Source of the DNA: Nemertoderma westbladi
Taxonomy: Eukaryota; Animalia; Xenacoelomorpha
DNA: 41,967 nucleotides
Assembly (NCBI GenBank): GCA_032718475.1
Contig: JAUCBJ010006056.1
Span: forward strand, 1-41,967
Direction of reading: 5' to 3'
Positions 10,682 through 21,623 of this stretch are shown piece after piece. The notes beneath the pieces are model-generated. The model saw only the letters and a program-made list of their open reading frames with translations. It searched no databases and had not been told where the DNA came from. Within the stretch, counting starts at the first letter, position 1. Every line of letters begins with the position of its first letter. The translations under genes were made by a program, and so were the position numbers.

Positions 10682-11879
10682 TGTAAAAGCTTTTGCGGGA
10701 TTAGCTAGTCATTATTTCCCCGCAAAGTACTCTGTAGATGTTTTAACGGACATAAAAGCCGTTTCATTACTGTACTGGTATTTAGTTGACATAAAAAGCT
10801 ATTTTTCTGTATGTGTACTTTGGTGGACATAACTAGCAATCTTATGCCGCAATGCGGTATAATACTCTCTACACAGTGTAGTTCAGATTACGACATCTAT
10901 CAGCTGATTTGATGTACTCGTGGAAGTTTCTTTGTTTAGGCCCACTCTGTACAATCACTCAACCAATCAGAGCGATTCTCTTGCCTTTTGTACAGAAACC
11001 TCCGAGAAATCGCGCAATGCATTACTGTTTATGTTTACCTTTTTTCCAGCAGCCAGAAGACCGGCTTTGGAATCTCTGTGTTTTCAGGCTTTAGCCCAAC
11101 ATTAGTAGGCTTAATTATAGAACGTATATATGTTATCAAACCAATCTTAACTTAACATAACTTAACTTAACTCAACATACATACCAGTGCTTAATCTCTT
11201 AACTTACGGTTTATTATATTGCTATTTACTGTCGGTTATTCATTATATCAGTTGATGGAATATTATATTTGGAATATCGATAAATAATAACAAACCCTCC
11301 ATCTTCATGATATACTGCAGGTAAGAGAGACCGGTTGCATATAACGATTGCGACTTACATTAAAGTGGTTTTGAAGTGAATCTAATGTTATTTCATAGGC
11401 CCTACATGAATCAGTCATTGTTCTCTTTATATGTGACTAAAATTAGTGAAGGTCGGTAGATCGGTTGCAGTATTGTGCAGCAGTGTGTATGATTGAGACT
11501 GATAACAAAGCATCTCCTAAAGAATGCGTCATATACGTGAATCTATAGCCATATCGTTGTGTCTAGTTTAAGTCATAGCTCTGTTTATATAGTTAGAGTG
11601 CCACATCCTAAAGGAACTGTTAATATTTCCCGAAAGTGAATAATATTTGCAGAGATTATATATTACGATCAGTCGAATAATACAGTAGGCCTACATAGCA
11701 ATACGATTAAGCTTCCGAATCCAGTCTCCCGGGTATATCCAACGGGTGAATGGTCGCGCATAGACTGGCTTCGGCTAATGTAGTGAATCAAATACTTGTC
11801 ATAGGCTAAAGTCGATTTATTATCTAGAAGACATCCCGATTTGGCAGGTAAAACTGCTAAAGGTCTGAAAGCGCGAACA
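10682..11879 (+). repeat. 5' LTR of element A (~1198 bp)
   Basis: TG...CA termini. 10878-11879 matches 22825-23833 at about 98% by eye (~15 substitutions, 3 small indels). The left end is fixed by the TSD. Confidence 0.9.
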
Positions 11880-11891
11880 ATAACATATATA
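11880..11891 (+). promoter_or_regulatory. Non-tRNA primer-binding site candidate of A (ATAACATATATA), complementary to LTR 11125-11136
   Basis: There is no TGG after the LTR. The site is an exact 12-nt reverse complement of TATATATGTTAT inside the LTR. Confidence 0.65.
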
Positions 11892-12151
11892 GCTTCTGTA
11901 TTGCAGTAGGCAATAAAGCTGAAGTACCGGACAACCGGTACCTAGTAGGCCTGACTACCTAACCACCCAGACCGGTACCTACAGCAGTACAGGTACAGCA
12001 GTATTATTCGAATTTGATAGTTATATACCGGTAGGCCTTAATAATTAATCAGGCTGTCAAACAGCAGCAACCTCCTAGCCAAGAACCTCGTTCTCGGCGA
12101 CCCGAAAGCTCCAGTAGTTCGGATACTGTTGAGCTAACGCCCGAACGCGAA

Positions 12152-15100
12152 GTGAAGATAGCGGATACGGTTTATTCGGATCCCCTTCTCATCCTTCCTG
12201 CAGCCGTACTCACCAGGGTATTGATTGCGGTGGAGGAACACCAGATTGATTGGACGAGAAGTAAGCGATCGACCAAGGATAGTTATGCGGGATATACACG
12301 GGAAGAACTGAAGTCTATTGTCGAGTCGCAATGGAGCTTCCCCAGACCCGGACTACCGTTTGACTTATCGGAAGCTGCTTGGGAAGACATACACAGGATG
12401 GGAGTAACAAAGGAAACCATCGATCCAGCTGTATGGAAGAGGTCAGCAGCCGGATACGTACAGGGATTCTTCAGCTCTATGGAGCGATTAGAGGAACAAC
12501 TGTTTAGACAACCACAAGGACCTCAAGAGCAGGGAGAGCTGCTTTATCAAGTTAGAGAAAGAATTCTAAGAATCAGACTAATCTTATCTGCCTTTGAGGA
12601 GGCTTCGAAAAGAAAGCAAGACACGTCGTTGCAAGTTGCCGTAAAGACTTGGTTGCAGCGGGTGAGTCTCCAAGTTCAAAGAGCTGCCCCGTGGAAATCG
12701 CAGTTAGATGAGCGCTCAACACTTGGGGAATCCACAGACGCTACCTTTTCCCAAGTGGAAAGTGAGGCGACAGCAGAGAAACCGCATAAGAGGGATGCTA
12801 TTGACATCTATCTGTCAGACTATCAACGCTTTTTGGGTGATGAAGAGTTGAGGAGAAGGCTGGAAGGGCTTAGCCCTAATAGTGAAGGAGCTAAACTTGT
12901 GTTGGACGCAATCGATGCAGATATGATAGCTGCAAACCAAGCTAAATTTGATGAACAACTCCGCATCGCTAGAGTCCAAGAAGAACAAGTAAAGAAAAAA
13001 CGGATAGAAGACAGAAAGAAAGCGGCCTTGGCAGCTGCAGTGGCAGAGGCAGAAAGAAAAACGGCTGTGGCAGTTGCAGCAGCAGAAGCAGAAGCAGAAA
13101 GAAAAGCGGCAGTGGCAGCGGCAGAGGCAGAAAGAAAAGTGGCTTTGGCAGCTGCAGCGGCAGAAGCAGAACAGAGAGCGGCTGAAGAGACCACCCAACT
13201 AGAGTTGGAAAATCTTCAAGAGAGGCAAGACAACATCAATAAACAATTAACAGCTAGTAATATGCAGATGATGAATCGATCTACTCCCAAAAGGCAGGGT
13301 TATACATCATCTGAGGAAGGCGATACCACCGATGCTGAAGGCGGAGGAAATAGATCTCGTCTAAGCAGACGTAGAAGAACATCTCACCGTCACAAATTGC
13401 CTGATTTGCCCCCAGCTGTTAAAAGACAACTAACTAGCGCAGGCTTAGGTAGTACAGAACTCACAGACCAAATAATTAAAATAGAAAGACTCCCTACTAT
13501 AGTAGATGAGCCTGAAATAATTAGGCCTGTTCTTGAAATCACCCCTTCGGTGATAGAGACACCTGTGCTCCCTGAACCTACCTTTAAATTCCCTTTACAC
13601 AGCACCAAATTATCCGTGCCTAGAGGAGCAGCCCCTGAAACAGTGTCGGTCCTGGACTCCGAGCGAAATATAAAGGATATATCGCCCGTAGTCCCTCGTC
13701 TGCCCGCTACGACGTTGGCGGATCCCGCTTCGGCGGTTGATTGGGTAGACGAGAGACGGCGGGGGATGGACATTCTCCTCGGGGAGATGAAGGAGAATCG
13801 AGTGCGCTCCTCCCAACAGGTCCGAGAGTTAGAAGGGACTGTCCAACATTTAAAGGGAACCGTAAAGGAAAGTAGGTTAGAGTTGCAAGAAGTGCAGCAA
13901 AGTATCGCGCTAGAACGCGATAAATTAGTAAATTTACAAAAGGGTATACCACCACCCTCTGTAACAATGTGTCAGCCCGTTAGGTCTGAAGTATCTCATG
14001 TGCAAGGTGTGGAGCCTACACGCATCTATACTGCTAGCGAAGTGGAAACTCCTATAGTAAACCCTATTAAGGGTAATTATAAACCTGTTGACAATGATAT
14101 CCCATATAGACTTGATAATAATCTGAGAAATTTATATACCGATAACTCGATATTAAATAACACAATGGCCCAAGAAAGTTTCACGCGCCAAATGGCTAGA
14201 ACCGAAGCCCGTCAAGCGGTAAAGGTGGGAGAGATCGTCAAGTTCAATGGAGATGAGATGAAATGGTTACCTTTTAATGAATATTATAAAGATAACATAC
14301 AGAACTCTGTGTTATCCAACGGAGAGAAACTTAGATTCCTCATTGAGTGCTTGGAAGGATCTCCCAAGTCAATGGCGTTAAAGTTTATTGGACATCCAGA
14401 CGGATTAAGACAAGTTTGGGATACCCTAAACATCAGGTATGGTAATAGGAATAACATAGCTAAATATTTGTATGCAAAATTAGTAGCGCCCCGAAAGTTC
14501 ATTAGCAGCGGGATAATAGAGTTTTCCAATGAGATTCAAGAGATCTGTAGACAATTGGATTGGCTAGGTAAGTCTCATGAGTATCAGAGTTCTATGGTTA
14601 TTGGAGCTGTGGCTTCTACTTTACCGAAGGGTGGAGTAGGTACACGATGGGATAAGAAAGTGTTATATATGATGGAACAACAACGACGAGACCCCACCAT
14701 GGCTGATCTCATGTCATTCTTGGATGGAGAAGTGAAATTACAACTCCTAAAGCAGTCCAGAGAGAAGACACCGGAAAACAAGGTAAGTGAGAAACCCGTT
14801 TCTAGGAGAAAAGTAACACCAGTGTGTTATACCGACGACGGCGAAAGCCAGACTTCTCAAGGAGAGGACAGCGGGAAAGACACTGAAAGATCTTATTATG
14901 TCAATAAAACGCCGAAAGATCAGGTAAGTAAATTCAAGTCTCGAACCAATGACAGGAGAGAACCGTTAAGAAAAACTCCTCCTACGTCTCCTAAGAGAAT
15001 TCAGGTAAGAAAGCCCGAAGAAAGAACGAGTGTGCACAATGTTATTCAAAACAAGGTAAGTAACATCAAACTGAAATGTGTGCTATGTGACGGAACCCAC

Positions 15101-15418
15101 CGTTTGAATATGTGTGATGAATTCCTAAAGATATCATTAACGGAGAGACGAGAAGTCATGTGGGATAAGCGGTTGTGTTATAATTGCCTCAGACAAGGAC
15201 ACCAACGGCGAACCTGTTACTCTGACACCAGGTGTGCAAAGTGCGGTGCGAAGCATCATATCTTGTTGCACACTGAATTCGAGCGAAACAGCCAGGGTCA
15301 GGTGAGTGATTCCGAATTACATGTCCAATTCAGTGATGTGAACGACACTGCCAAAGTTCTGAGATGGAAGGATTCTATACGGACGAGTTCTCTGACGAAA
15401 ACGAATCCTGTTACATGA
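12152..15418 (+). CDS. gag: BEL/Pao Gag: long N-terminus with Ala/Glu coiled-coil repeat, DUF1759 capsid-like region, three zinc knuckles
   Basis: KFNGDEMKWLPF...EKLRFLIECLEG...WDTLNIRYG, then CVLCDGTHRLNMC, CYNCLRQGHQRRTC and CAKCGAKHHILLH (the typical BEL triple knuckle). The frame is open from 12035 without an early ATG. Confidence 0.92.
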   Translation: MKIADTVYSDPLLILPAAVLTRVLIAVEEHQIDWTRSKRSTKDSYAGYTREELKSIVESQWSFPRPGLPFDLSEAAWEDIHRMGVTKETIDPAVWKRSAAGYVQGFFSSMERLEEQLFRQPQGPQEQGELLYQVRERILRIRLILSAFEEASKRKQDTSLQVAVKTWLQRVSLQVQRAAPWKSQLDERSTLGESTDATFSQVESEATAEKPHKRDAIDIYLSDYQRFLGDEELRRRLEGLSPNSEGAKLVLDAIDADMIAANQAKFDEQLRIARVQEEQVKKKRIEDRKKAALAAAVAEAERKTAVAVAAAEAEAERKAAVAAAEAERKVALAAAAAEAEQRAAEETTQLELENLQERQDNINKQLTASNMQMMNRSTPKRQGYTSSEEGDTTDAEGGGNRSRLSRRRRTSHRHKLPDLPPAVKRQLTSAGLGSTELTDQIIKIERLPTIVDEPEIIRPVLEITPSVIETPVLPEPTFKFPLHSTKLSVPRGAAPETVSVLDSERNIKDISPVVPRLPATTLADPASAVDWVDERRRGMDILLGEMKENRVRSSQQVRELEGTVQHLKGTVKESRLELQEVQQSIALERDKLVNLQKGIPPPSVTMCQPVRSEVSHVQGVEPTRIYTASEVETPIVNPIKGNYKPVDNDIPYRLDNNLRNLYTDNSILNNTMAQESFTRQMARTEARQAVKVGEIVKFNGDEMKWLPFNEYYKDNIQNSVLSNGEKLRFLIECLEGSPKSMALKFIGHPDGLRQVWDTLNIRYGNRNNIAKYLYAKLVAPRKFISSGIIEFSNEIQEICRQLDWLGKSHEYQSSMVIGAVASTLPKGGVGTRWDKKVLYMMEQQRRDPTMADLMSFLDGEVKLQLLKQSREKTPENKVSEKPVSRRKVTPVCYTDDGESQTSQGEDSGKDTERSYYVNKTPKDQVSKFKSRTNDRREPLRKTPPTSPKRIQVRKPEERTSVHNVIQNKVSNIKLKCVLCDGTHRLNMCDEFLKISLTERREVMWDKRLCYNCLRQGHQRRTCYSDTRCAKCGAKHHILLHTEFERNSQGQVSDSELHVQFSDVNDTAKVLRWKDSIRTSSLTKTNPVT

Positions 15419-18400
15419 TAAATACCGCAGTGTATCGAGCACTCATGTATGAAAAAGACCCAGACAGCGACCTCACCCTAACTACTTCTAATCAACAACC
15501 ATCTTGGAAAGCGCCAACTTCCAATGTAGGGATCCGAGAATTTCCTGTAGTCCAGTTACGGGTCCACGGACCTCAAAGGAGTTATATAGTAAACGCCCTC
15601 CTTGACTCCGGTAGCACAGGAACATTCATCGACAAAGAACTAGCCGAGGACATCTTTGCTGGACAACCCAAATACCGAACTAAGCTAAACATGTCAGGAA
15701 TAATGCAAGTTTGGAAATCTACCGTAACAGCGGATTATTATGTAGGCGCATTGTCCACACCCCAGGATGAACTAGGAGAGCATAGTATAAGGTCAGTAAA
15801 AATGGTGGCGATAAAGAACTTCGCTACCAGCCAAGTGGAACCTTATAACTGGGATGAGGACGATTTCACCCAGCAGCTTGAAATACCTAGATTCAATACC
15901 GATTACCCTGGAGTGCAAATACTTATCGGTCAAAACGCGCATGAAGCGCTCGAGACATTGGAGAAACGGCCCGCTCAGCCGCAACCATTACAAGCTTATG
16001 CGGGAAGAACTAGAGTGGGTTGGTACTTTACTGGCCCTTCCCGTAGAACTCTCATGGAAAGATTACCGAAAGATCAGGTATATCAAGTACGAGAATGGGA
16101 AGTTGAGAACAGTGAGTTAGACGATCCAACTGAGGGAACTCCATACTCCTCAGACAACGATGATATACACCAACTCTTCGATGAGGAGAATACAATAGAT
16201 CTCCTTACGGAAAACGAGACTTGGCAAAACCAAGTAAACTTATGTCAGCTCATTCGTCCATCGGAACGAGACGACTACAACGACGAACTGAATGACGTCA
16301 TTGAACGTTATAATGCCAAAACTTGGGATGAACACGCCGTACGATTCTTTACTCAAGAGGCTGTAGAGCCCAATTCCTACGATAAGGCCCTATCGGTAGA
16401 AGAAGAAAGAGCCAAGCAGATCCAAGAGACAACTACCCGTTTTCTGAAGGATCAAGGTAGATATGAGATCGGTCTACCTTTCCGAAAGCGAGAACCAAAG
16501 TTCATCAACAACAGACCCTTGGCGGAGAAAAGAATTGCTCAACTACATCGACGCCTTACGGCAAATTCTTCAGCTAAAGAAATGTATCAAACGCAGTTGA
16601 AGAAATTTATTAGCAAGGGATATGCGGAGCGAGTACCGGAAGAAATACCTATAACTGAGAGAACGTATTATTTAACTCACCATTATGTTCCCAAACCCGG
16701 TAAACCTCACGAAGTACGAGTAGTGTTTGACGGCTCCGCCCTCTACATGGGCCAATCCCTTAATTCCGAATTGTTACCCGGACCCAACTTACTCCAATCC
16801 TTGTTGGGAATACTTTTAAGATTAAGACAATATTCAGTTGCTTTCGCCTCAGATATAGAAGGCATGTTCTTACAAGTCAAGGCACTGGATAGGGATCGAG
16901 ATAGCCTACGATTTCTGTGGTGGCCTGAAGGAGACCTCAACCAGAAACCGGTGGAGTACTGGATGACCATCCAGGCTTTTGGAATAATCTCAAGCCCTTC
17001 AAACGCCTGTTCAGTGGTGCGCACCACTGCGGATGACAATCGGGAAGCCTTCTCTAAAGAGGTGATCGACAATATCAAACGAGACATATACATGGACGAT
17101 AATCTAAAGTCCCTTCCATCAGTCGAAGAAGCCATTGATGTCGCTAAAGGAACGGTAGAGTGTTTAAAAAGAGGTGGATTTAGATTAACTAAATTCACCA
17201 GCAACTCCCGTGAGTTTCTGGAATCGATCCTGGTAGAAGATCGAGGAACGAAAGACCTGGACCTAATCAAAGACGATCTTCCAGAAACTAAGACACTTGG
17301 TTTGAAATGGGACACCGAGAGGGATATCCTGTTTTTCCAGCTAAAACAGCGAGATAATCCAGTTCGAACTAAACGGATTTGTTTAAGTATCCTGAGCACT
17401 TATTTCGATCCATTGGGATTTATTAGCCCAGTTATATTAATTGCTCGGAGTTTAGTGCAACAAATGTGGCTAGAAAACCACTCATGGGACGATCCACTTA
17501 AGGGAGAATTATTAAAGCAGTGGATGAAATGGGAAGATTCTTTACCAGCCATCGAGAACTTTATAATTTCCCGTTCATATTTTGGTCATGTTCTCCCTAC
17601 GTATTCCTATCAACTCCATGTGTTTGGAGACGCCAGCGATATGGGAATAGGTATAGTAGCCTACCTAAGAGTAGAAACTCCAGACGGAATCAAGGTTGCC
17701 TTGGTTACCTCTAAGGCATTGATAAACAACAAGTTGAAGGTTCCTCAAGCGGAGTTAAAAGCGGCTCTATACGCTACAGCCATCGGTCGGAATGTAACGG
17801 AACAGATCGATTATCCATTGGAGAAAACTGTCTATTGGACCGACGCTTTACTCGTGCTGGAGTATATAACCATTGAAGTCTGTCAGTTCAGCGTCTTCGT
17901 TACCAACAGAGTAGCCATTATACTTAGTTGCACGACGATGGACCAATGGAGACATTGCCCCGGAACGATCAATCCAGCCGACATCGCCTCCAGGGGAGCA
18001 ACTCCACAAGAACTGGTAGATACTCCAGACTGGTTAGGTGGACCCGACTTGCTGTACAAAGAAGAAGAAGAATGGCCTCCTCATCTTACTACAGCAGAGA
18101 TTAGACAGGCCAAGGGAGCGGAGAAAGTTAAACCTAAAACTTGGGCGAGTAAATCGAAGTTATTTAAACCTATGGTAGACCTGTCCGTACTATATGCTTC
18201 CGGAGACGACACTTTGGATCAGAAACCCACGGCCGCAAACAAGCAGGTTATGGAAATCCGTGAGAAGGATTGGAAATCTGGAATACCTGACGTCTCGCAA
18301 AGACTCTCACCTCTCCTGCAGAGAGCGATACATCACTACAGTTCCTGGAATCGGCTCTGTAAGGCCGTTACATATTTAAAACGTTGTTTTCATCATCACT

Positions 18401-18501
18401 ACTCCGGGACGAAGACCAATAGTGATACAGCTCCACTGACATCGGTGCAGGTCCATGTGTTAAAGATCTTCCCAAATATAAGATACCCGACAGGTTTCTG
18501 A
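15364..18501 (+). CDS. pol: BEL/Pao Pol: aspartic protease, reverse transcriptase, RNase H (-1 frame relative to gag; ends prematurely)
   Basis: Protease ALLDSGS; RT KPHEVRVVFDGS, SDIEGMFLQV, FGIISSP and IYMDD; Pao region FDPLGFISP; RNase H LHVFGDAS, ELKAA, WTDA and NPADIASRG. Confidence 0.93.
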   Translation: MEGFYTDEFSDENESCYMINTAVYRALMYEKDPDSDLTLTTSNQQPSWKAPTSNVGIREFPVVQLRVHGPQRSYIVNALLDSGSTGTFIDKELAEDIFAGQPKYRTKLNMSGIMQVWKSTVTADYYVGALSTPQDELGEHSIRSVKMVAIKNFATSQVEPYNWDEDDFTQQLEIPRFNTDYPGVQILIGQNAHEALETLEKRPAQPQPLQAYAGRTRVGWYFTGPSRRTLMERLPKDQVYQVREWEVENSELDDPTEGTPYSSDNDDIHQLFDEENTIDLLTENETWQNQVNLCQLIRPSERDDYNDELNDVIERYNAKTWDEHAVRFFTQEAVEPNSYDKALSVEEERAKQIQETTTRFLKDQGRYEIGLPFRKREPKFINNRPLAEKRIAQLHRRLTANSSAKEMYQTQLKKFISKGYAERVPEEIPITERTYYLTHHYVPKPGKPHEVRVVFDGSALYMGQSLNSELLPGPNLLQSLLGILLRLRQYSVAFASDIEGMFLQVKALDRDRDSLRFLWWPEGDLNQKPVEYWMTIQAFGIISSPSNACSVVRTTADDNREAFSKEVIDNIKRDIYMDDNLKSLPSVEEAIDVAKGTVECLKRGGFRLTKFTSNSREFLESILVEDRGTKDLDLIKDDLPETKTLGLKWDTERDILFFQLKQRDNPVRTKRICLSILSTYFDPLGFISPVILIARSLVQQMWLENHSWDDPLKGELLKQWMKWEDSLPAIENFIISRSYFGHVLPTYSYQLHVFGDASDMGIGIVAYLRVETPDGIKVALVTSKALINNKLKVPQAELKAALYATAIGRNVTEQIDYPLEKTVYWTDALLVLEYITIEVCQFSVFVTNRVAIILSCTTMDQWRHCPGTINPADIASRGATPQELVDTPDWLGGPDLLYKEEEEWPPHLTTAEIRQAKGAEKVKPKTWASKSKLFKPMVDLSVLYASGDDTLDQKPTAANKQVMEIREKDWKSGIPDVSQRLSPLLQRAIHHYSSWNRLCKAVTYLKRCFHHHYSGTKTNSDTAPLTSVQVHVLKIFPNIRYPTGF

Positions 18502-18593
18502 AGGAGAAGATCAGTTATCAGGAGCATGAAGAAACCAACAAACAGATGCTGAGACTCCTGCAATGCTATGAGGATTCCGATAAGTAGTCCCTG

Positions 18594-19980
18594 TTGTTGA
18601 GAAATCCACAGATGCGCTTAAGGGATCGTTTCTCTAGCACAATGATAGATGGGTTGATACGTGTTGGAGGAAGATTAACGAATGCTCCATTATCCTTTGA
18701 CACTAAGTTTCCCATACTCATTAGAAATCTTGAAATACAAGTCAAGATGATTGTAGATGTTCACAGCTGGTATCATGCTTTATCATGCTGGTAGAGAACG
18801 AGTTCTTAGCGAAATTCGAACTCGCTATTATTTCTATAAACCCCGTAGAGCTCTGAACCAAGTTCTTAGGAACTGCATACCCTGTAGGAAAGCATTCAGT
18901 AGGCCTTTAACACAGCGAGAGGCAGAATTACCTAGGGAACGAGTAAGCTTCTATGAACCACCCTTTACTAATACCGGTGTAGATTTATTTGGCCCTATTG
19001 AAGTGTATCGTGCTAGAACTATAGTCAAGAGATGGTGTGTCATCTTTGTTTGTATGACTTGTAGAGCTATCCATCTCGACATGGTGAACGACTTGTCTAC
19101 CAACAGCTTCCTATTAAGCTTACGACGACAGATCGCTCGCTTTGGAACTAGTAACACAATGAGATCTGATAAGGGAACGAACTTCATTGGTGCCAACAAT
19201 GAAATCAAAGCGTACGTCAAAGATTGGAACCAAAGACAGGTGGATGATCAGCTAAGAGTAACAGCGTCTAGCTGGACCTTCAACGCCGCCGACGCCCCCT
19301 GGTGGGGAGGAAGTAGGGAGAGATTGATTAGAAGTGTGAAGACCGCATTTTACTTTATAGCGCCGTGCCGCGCGTATCTCACCAACGAACTTTTGCGGAC
19401 GTTAATGGAGGAAATCGCCGCCTATCTCAACGAGAGACCGCTTATGCCAGTCTCATCCAGTCCCGATTCCCTGGAAGCGCTAACACCTGCGCATTTCCTA
19501 CTGAAGAAACCTGTAGCCATGCTCCCACAATCGGAAATCACAGACGGAGACGAATACTGCCAGCAAACTTGGCAACTTATGCAGTTGTTATCCCGTCGTT
19601 TTGCTGACCATTTCGAGAAACATTATCTGCCCACGCTACAACTTCGAACTAAGTGGTTTGCGCACCAAGAAAACGTCAGCGCTGGAGACATGGTCCTTAT
19701 TGTAGATTCAGATCTTCCACGTAAGCGGTGGCAGACAGGTCGTATCATCGAGACTCACATCTCGGATGACGGTTTGGTACGATCGGTAGAACTCGTCGTC
19801 ATGCGACGTAACTTCAAGAAACCGGGAATTGTCTTTGAGACACAGCCGCTCAATCGCCCAGTTGGTCATTTGTGTTTACTGGAAAGAGACAGAGAACTCT
19901 CCGGAAACTATGGAAGACAAGATACTCTTCCCACGACCACCTCCCTAATCCAACAAACATCTAGGGACTCCCCAGCTTAG
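18594..19980 (+). CDS. int: BEL/Pao integrase in frameshifted pieces (18594-18794 and 18757-19980): H2C2 zinc domain, DDE core, DUF5641-like C-terminus
   Basis: DGLIRVGGRL...KFPILI, HAGRERVL...CIPCRK, GVDLFGP, RSDKGTNF, PWWGGSRERLIRSVK, and YLPTLQLRTKW...GDMVLI...DGLVRSV. Confidence 0.9.
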
Positions 19981-20500
19981 TAACATCTGGAGTGGGTGTG
20001 TGACCATATTATTTTATATTCTTATTATTTTATACTTATGTATGCATTATTATGTAATTTTATTATAATCGTTTTATTTAATTTTATTTAGTAGAATGTT
20101 ATTTAGCGATTATTTAGTAGATTAGTGCAATATATATTCGCGTTTATTAATTAATTACTTATATATTATATATTTAGTGCGACGGCGAGAAATAATTCTT
20201 TTTCTCTTTCCTTACTGTCCGTATTACATTACAAATACGTAACTACAGTAAGATGAAATGTCTGTACTTATCAAAGTACAATAAAGCCACTACTATATTC
20301 AAGTATTATTGGTAGGCAGAGTATTAGGAATGCAAAGTTCAGATCCTCGTGTCTCGGCTAAACCAAGCTCTGGGTAGACCTTGGAAACGACTTGCCTCTT
20401 CACACTGACATTGCTTCGTGCGATATTGCTCTCATACCATATATTAAATAATACATATAGTAGCGTGATGTCCCTTTAACAGTAGCGTATAACGCAAAAT

Positions 20501-20800
20501 AAATCTGTTAAACCCTTTGACCATCTACAATTCTAGTCGATTAAGATATCGCGGCACCCACCGATATACTTGAAAGACAAAATTCTAGAAACAGTGGTTA
20601 ACGTCCCCAGATAAGTTCTGGAATAAACTGGTGCCCATCCTAAATATTAACTATTAATATTTACAAAATCTGTCAAATTTTAGATCCTTTAAAATTCTAG
20701 TCGATTAAGATATCGTAGCACTTACCGATACTCTTAAAAGGACAAATCCCTAGAATCAAGGATCCCAGTCCCCAGACTTGTTCTGGAATAAAATTGTGTC
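20501..20800 (+). repeat. Two diverged ~165-bp tandem units in the post-integrase region of A
   Basis: AATTCTAGTCGATTAAGATATCG...GTCCCCAGA...GTTCTGGAATAAA occurs at ~20529 and ~20693. Confidence 0.75.
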
Positions 20801-21623
20801 TATTTAACATTAAATAATAAAATTTACTGGAATAAATTTAAATTCATATTTTAATGAATTCAATAAATTGTTATTTTTATACAATTTATAATATTCCCAA
20901 AATTCCATTAATTAATAGATCATGGGAGCGGAGATTCACCTATTAAGTGTATTAGTGTGCGAGAATCTCCAATACAGAGTCAATAGCCGATAAAATTCAT
21001 AAAATCATATATAAAGATGATATTGACCATTAAAGACTTACTATTAAATAGCATCCCAGATCTGTATGCATGGGAATTACCCTAATTCTACCGCTAGCGT
21101 TCCATAATGTCACCATAGCAACAACCACGCTAGAATTAGAAGCGAGTTAACAGAACAATAAAAAGCTTGCTCATTGAATAGCATACGGAATAAATAGCAC
21201 ACCACTAGTATCCAAGGATACATAATAACAACGTGACATTCTGGAAGGCACTTGACTAATGGACAAATGACCCGAATGTGTGATAGAATGTGTACCATTT
21301 GTGACAGTTACGTGGAATTTGTGCGTTTGTAGGTGAATGTTACTACTAAGGTGTGTTTACAGTAGCGAGTCGCAATTGTGAAAGTAGCCCTAACTCTCCA
21401 GTAAGAACCTGAAGTATATCTAAGCCTTTGGGACGGACGGTGGAGTGACTCGTGCTGGTTGTTGTAGTCGTTGTGCAGCTACGACGTTGGCGATAGGCAC
21501 ACCGGCGAAAGTACACCAGCGCTGAGGATCTCGCACTGTCCGGGGGCAGAGAGGGGTAGGCAGCGACGCCCGCTCGCCTAAATATAAACTCATTATAATA
21601 TGGATAAACTTATATAGCAGATA

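Noticed and set aside
10877-11879. 5' LTR starting at TG 10877
   Set aside because: That boundary gives no TSD. TG at 10682 gives a perfect CGTGG duplication and restores B's repeat unit.
15337-15418. Programmed -1 frameshift between gag and pol of A
   Set aside because: There is no X-XXY-YYZ slippery heptamer in the overlap. BEL/Pao elements usually have one ORF and this copy has other frameshifts, so a mutation is more likely.
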